From an uncultured Gammaproteobacteria bacterium (GTDB taxonomy: Bacteria > Patescibacteriota > Microgenomatia > Levybacterales > GWA1-39-11), in assembly GCA_964537315.1 (NCBI GenBank), contig CAZIAP010000004.1:14509-78508 (forward strand): a stretch of DNA of 64,000 nt, read 5' to 3'. Below the pieces are notes generated by a model that ran no database searches, was not told the DNA's origin, and saw only the letters and a program-made list of their open reading frames with translations. Below are positions 60,644 to 64,000 of this stretch, in pieces (within the stretch, counting starts at the first letter, position 1; every line of letters starts with the position of its first letter). Made by a program: the position numbers and the translations under genes.

Positions 60644-61765
60644 CTATTCCTCATCCGCTTCAAACTGTTCTACATAAAACTCTATACTTTTCTCAACAGC
60701 TTGTTCCCATGAACCTAGGTTAAAGTTGTGATTCTCACCCGGGTATTTATAGTACTCAATATCCTTGTCCATCTCCTCCATTGAGCTTGCAAATTGATCA
60801 CTCCACCGAACCGGAACAGCCTCATCAGCCACTGCCTGGTGAAGCTGAATTGGCGCGTTTATCCATTCATAATACTTGCTCGGTGAATAGTTAAATACAT
60901 CATACTCTGTCTCAAAATCTGCAACTACTTTACGTAGTGCTTTTCCTTCATCTTCAAACTCATCAGTAAAGTACAATATGCTATATGGGAACGGCTTGGT
61001 TACCGGATTCCATAAAACAGTAGGTATCCGTTTGCCTGTTATTGCAAGAACCGAGAGCGAGATGTGTCCACCGTTACTATGCCCCCATATTCCAACCTTG
61101 GCAGTATCTGCCTCTATTCCTGCAATTGGACTGAAGCTTTCGATTTGACGTGTAGTACCGGTTGGAGTAATTGTTGCCTGACTCTCTCCAAATTTTTTAA
61201 GCGCATCAACAAGACTCGGAACTGATTCAAGCATTGTTAGAGCTGTTGGATAAGTCTGTAATCTATCCTCAATTGACCCCTCCGCACCTGAGTCTGATTC
61301 TCCAAAACCTAAAAAGTCTGGTGCAAGAGTAATATATCCATTACGTGCGAATTCTTCCGCAGTCCTGCGTGTGCCTTCTCCTGTAGTAAAGTTTTCTCGC
61401 GATACAAACCCCCTAAACATCACTATAATAGGATAATTTCCAGGCTCTTTTGGAATATTAATTAGACCACTTACCTTTTTATCACTCTCTGCGTTGAGTA
61501 AGTCACCACTTACTGTATATGTAAATATAAACGAGGCAAAATCAGGGTCATCTTTTATTTGTTTACCTATTTCAATTGAACTAGGTCGAATATCTGTGGA
61601 ACTCAAGCTTTCAAAAGAATACTTTTCAAGAGGTTTTTCTGCGATCTCATCAACTTTCTGAGATATTGGTGTGGCTATATCACTACTGGCTAGAAACTTA
61701 AAGATTGAAAATCCAACAATTCCGACAAGCAAGACGATAATAAGAATAATTACTAACTTTCGCAC
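60644..61765 (-). CDS. Membrane-anchored alpha/beta hydrolase (S9-like)
   Basis: APDFLGFG, GHSNGG, DEAV, NHN. Confidence 0.85.
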   Translation of the reverse strand: MRKLVIILIIVLLVGIVGFSIFKFLASSDIATPISQKVDEIAEKPLEKYSFESLSSTDIRPSSIEIGKQIKDDPDFASFIFTYTVSGDLLNAESDKKVSGLINIPKEPGNYPIIVMFRGFVSRENFTTGEGTRRTAEEFARNGYITLAPDFLGFGESDSGAEGSIEDRLQTYPTALTMLESVPSLVDALKKFGESQATITPTGTTRQIESFSPIAGIEADTAKVGIWGHSNGGHISLSVLAITGKRIPTVLWNPVTKPFPYSILYFTDEFEDEGKALRKVVADFETEYDVFNYSPSKYYEWINAPIQLHQAVADEAVPVRWSDQFASSMEEMDKDIEYYKYPGENHNFNLGSWEQAVEKSIEFYVEQFEADEE

Positions 61766-61833
61766 TCACCTATTATATCGGAATATAGTTAAAATAAAAG
61801 CGAAGGAGGGAATTAGTTGATGGAAACCATGAG

Positions 61834-62103
61834 CTACTTGCTATCTTCTTTTTCTACCGAGATAGTACACTCGGTAATTAGTGCTGCCATTGCGCCTACT
61901 GCAGCAAGAACCGGTGCGAGTGCCGTACCAAGAACACCAAACGTTAGGGGAAATCGCATCAACTCTTTACCGTTTTTATCAATTATGGTAATTTTACGCA
62001 CATTTCCTTCGTGCAAAAGTTCTTTTACCTTTGAAAGAAGCTCTTCCCCGCTTACTTTAAAGGTTTGCTCTGTAGTTTTTTTAGACTTCTTTGTCGTCGC
62101 CAT
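61834..62103 (-). CDS. DUF4342 family protein
   Basis: LLSKVKELLHEGNVRKI, P.LAAVGA.AAL.T.CTI.VE. Confidence 0.85.
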   Translation of the reverse strand: MATTKKSKKTTEQTFKVSGEELLSKVKELLHEGNVRKITIIDKNGKELMRFPLTFGVLGTALAPVLAAVGAMAALITECTISVEKEDSK

Positions 62104-62223
62104 AAATTTATTATACACTACACAAAGACTTTTAGCTCCTCCTCCTTATTTCGCCACTTTGCGTAAATAATAATTACTTGTATTCTTAAGATACTAGTAC
62201 TTTTGTAGCCAAAAGTACTATCT

Positions 62224-62307
62224 TTGCTTACATAGACAAAATATGTCTATAATAATAACATCAGGATTATTTACCCTATTGACAAAAGTCTTATAGTATA
62301 TTATAAT
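62224..62307 (+). promoter_or_regulatory. Tandem sigma70 promoters
   Basis: TTGCTT(62224)-N18-TATAAT(62248) and perfect consensus TTGACA(62279)-N17-TATAAT(62302). Confidence 0.8.
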
Positions 62308-62313
62308 CCTCAA

Positions 62314-63223
62314 ACATTGTGCTTGGTAGGCCTTTTATTTGCAAAAGCCGTCTACAAAAGCACTTGTAAGTACATTAACAAAGGAATACAGGAAAAACTC
62401 TTTTACACATCCGTGTATTTGAGTTGAAAACCTTTACCCCGCTAAGCGGGGTACTCTTTGCTTGATATACTTACAAGCCACATACAGAGGCGCAAATCAC
62501 CAATTGTGCTTCTCTATCTGGCTTGTAGGTTACGGAAATGTTTTCCGTAAGCTCAAGCTTTGGGAAGGAAGGATAGTGGCAAGAAGCCCGCCGTGTACCG
62601 GACTTAGTTCGGTAAGTATAATGAATAATTATATTGGCGCGGCTCAGCCGCTAGAAGAAAGGAAAGAAGATGCGCAAACTGCGTACCTAGTCCAGTAGGA
62701 TTAGAAAAGCATTCGTCGTGCGGTACTGACCGCCATAAGTTGAACGAGAATGCTTTAGTACAGTCTGACTGATGTGCAGACTCCAATGCTCGATATAGCA
62801 AAGGATCATGTCTCCACAGTCAACTGGACACCCTACTGGACACTATGTATGTATATTAGGGAGCCAAATGCTCCCCGGGTACCGGCACCCGTTTACGCCG
62901 ACTAGGGTCAGACCCACAATGATGGGTCTGACCCCATCTATACCGCACTTATCATCCCTTCCTCTCTTTCGTCCGAGGATCGATCCCAATATATACCGAA
63001 AATCTTTTTCGGGATCGGTCCTCCTCGGAGGGGTACTACTTGCATACTAGCAGTACACCCCATCTCCTCCCTCCCTATTCTGGGGGCCTGCACCGCAGGC
63101 CCCCTTTATATAGATAGGTTTTCTATATGAGCACGTCGATCATCGACACCAACTAACAATTGCGTTATGCTTGAGTGTCACACATGAACGTCGAACGTTC
63201 ACGAAATATCCTGTATTCCTTTG
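62314..63223 (+). ncRNA. Putative large structured ncRNA 1 (unassigned family)
   Basis: Perfect 15-bp closing stem 62379-62393/63209-63223, about 20 internal stems with G-U pairs on + strand, consensus promoter, no credible ORF. Confidence 0.75.
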
Positions 63224-63343
63224 ATTTCAAATATTTTCTCCTAAATTTATATTTCACTAATAATAATCAACAACTTTTTAACCTTTTAACTCGTTAATAC
63301 TTCACACTTAATTCCCAATACCCAATTCTGCTTTGTAGAGAAT

Positions 63344-63372
63344 TTGCTTTCACATCTAAAGTAGCTTATAAT
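63344..63372 (+). promoter_or_regulatory. Sigma70 promoter
   Basis: TTGCTT(63344)-N17-TATAAT(63367). Confidence 0.7.
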
Positions 63373-63378
63373 ATATAA

Positions 63379-63851
63379 ATTCGCACGCACTGTACACTAT
63401 GCGTATGGACTGCGTGTTTCGTAGAGTTCTTTGACATAAGGAATAGAATTGAAAATTAATTAGGGAATTTTGTAGACAGTCAGGAAGAGATGGAATGCCA
63501 ACATTCCTTTTCCTCTTGACTGTTTGCATTAACGGAGGTGTAAACTCAGACTGGCTTACGAGCCAATTACTATAACCGGCCCTCACCCAGCCGGTTTATT
63601 TCACCCTCCTCTCCCCTTATACCATACATTCAAAGCACCCCCTGCTTTTGTATGGTAGTACAGTTGGCGCAAGAAGCCAGAGAATTACCCCACCCAACAC
63701 ATATATGTTGGAATTCTCGGCTTCTTGGCCTTCTGTATTTTGAATTATCTTTCTTTCTCATAGGTATCATTCCCTGGTTCTGCAAGCATTTTGCGCTTGC
63801 AATAACTATATCTACCGATTGAGTGTAGAAAAATCCCTATTCCTTATGTCA
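63379..63851 (+). ncRNA. Putative large structured ncRNA 2 (unassigned family)
   Basis: Perfect 15-bp closing stem 63432-63446/63837-63851, long internal hairpins with G-U pairs, own promoter. Confidence 0.7.
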
Positions 63852-64000
63852 TCTTTTTAAGCACTTAAGCTCCTACTATTTTTTTCATTGTTTTATTGTT
63901 TAACCGCCTTAGTGCAACCTCGACTTTCTGTACTGTGAACCATTAACCAAGAACTATTAATATTTATTTTAGTCTTATAGTACTTGACTCGCATCTTGAA

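Noticed and set aside
63082-63110. GGGGGCCTGC/GCAGGCCCCC-TTT as the terminator of RNA 1
   Set aside because: Only three T residues follow, and the right arm of the closing stem lies about 100 nt downstream. It is treated as an internal hairpin, though partial termination is possible.
62462-63586. ORFs 62462-62698, 62604-62801, 62808-63050 and 63356-63586
   Set aside because: No motifs, atypical composition, no properly spaced SD; they run through perfect hairpins.
62379-63851. rRNA, tRNA, tmRNA, RNase P or group I/II intron identity for the structured region
   Set aside because: No universal 16S/23S motifs, no GGTTCRANTCC T-arm or CCA end, no GAGGAAAGTCC/ACAGAA..CGGCTTA P4, and no recognisable domain V seen on either strand. 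A covariance-model search is still needed.
62379-63851. CRISPR array, retron or MITE interpretation
   Set aside because: No repeat-spacer periodicity and no RT, Cas or transposase in the window. No target-site duplication is evident, and promoters plus boxA-like elements lie outside or across the repeats. A retron-like partner beyond the window cannot be excluded.
1-64000. Alternative genetic code (TGA recoding)
   Set aside because: TGA ends intact genes such as dnaX and the Clp ATPase, and conserved genes are uninterrupted under code 11.

Overview
This is an AT-rich bacterial window using genetic code 11. The gene content, many apparently leaderless genes and heptamer/REP-like repeats suggest a Patescibacteria (CPR) genome, probably Microgenomates-like; that placement is inference. 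Bases 1-7.5 kb hold housekeeping genes (prs partial, ybaB, dnaX, ybeY, rpsU, HIT, ychF). Bases 7.8-36 kb form a stress/redox/metal region with a KGG protein, ClpC/E-like ATPase, an ArsR operon, ChaB, DUF892, three stand-alone receivers, DsbA and a CsoR-CopA copper operon. Bases 36-62 kb hold envelope and metabolic genes (sortase plus substrate, MsrB, histidine kinase, Zwf-Gnd fusion, HtpX, PBP, L,D-transpeptidase, Dus, TrhO, hydrolases). The main result is the final 1.8 kb, which has no credible protein gene. It carries two tandem, densely structured putative large ncRNAs (845 and 420 nt between the outer ends of their closing stems). Each has the layout of an rRNA transcription unit: sigma70 promoter, 5' hairpin, boxA-like element, then a perfect 15-bp closing stem sharing an AAGGAATA/TATTCCTT core. 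I recognise no rRNA, tRNA, tmRNA, RNase P or intron signatures inside them. A second result is a recurrent YTTAC motif about 45 nt upstream of several stress-type genes.
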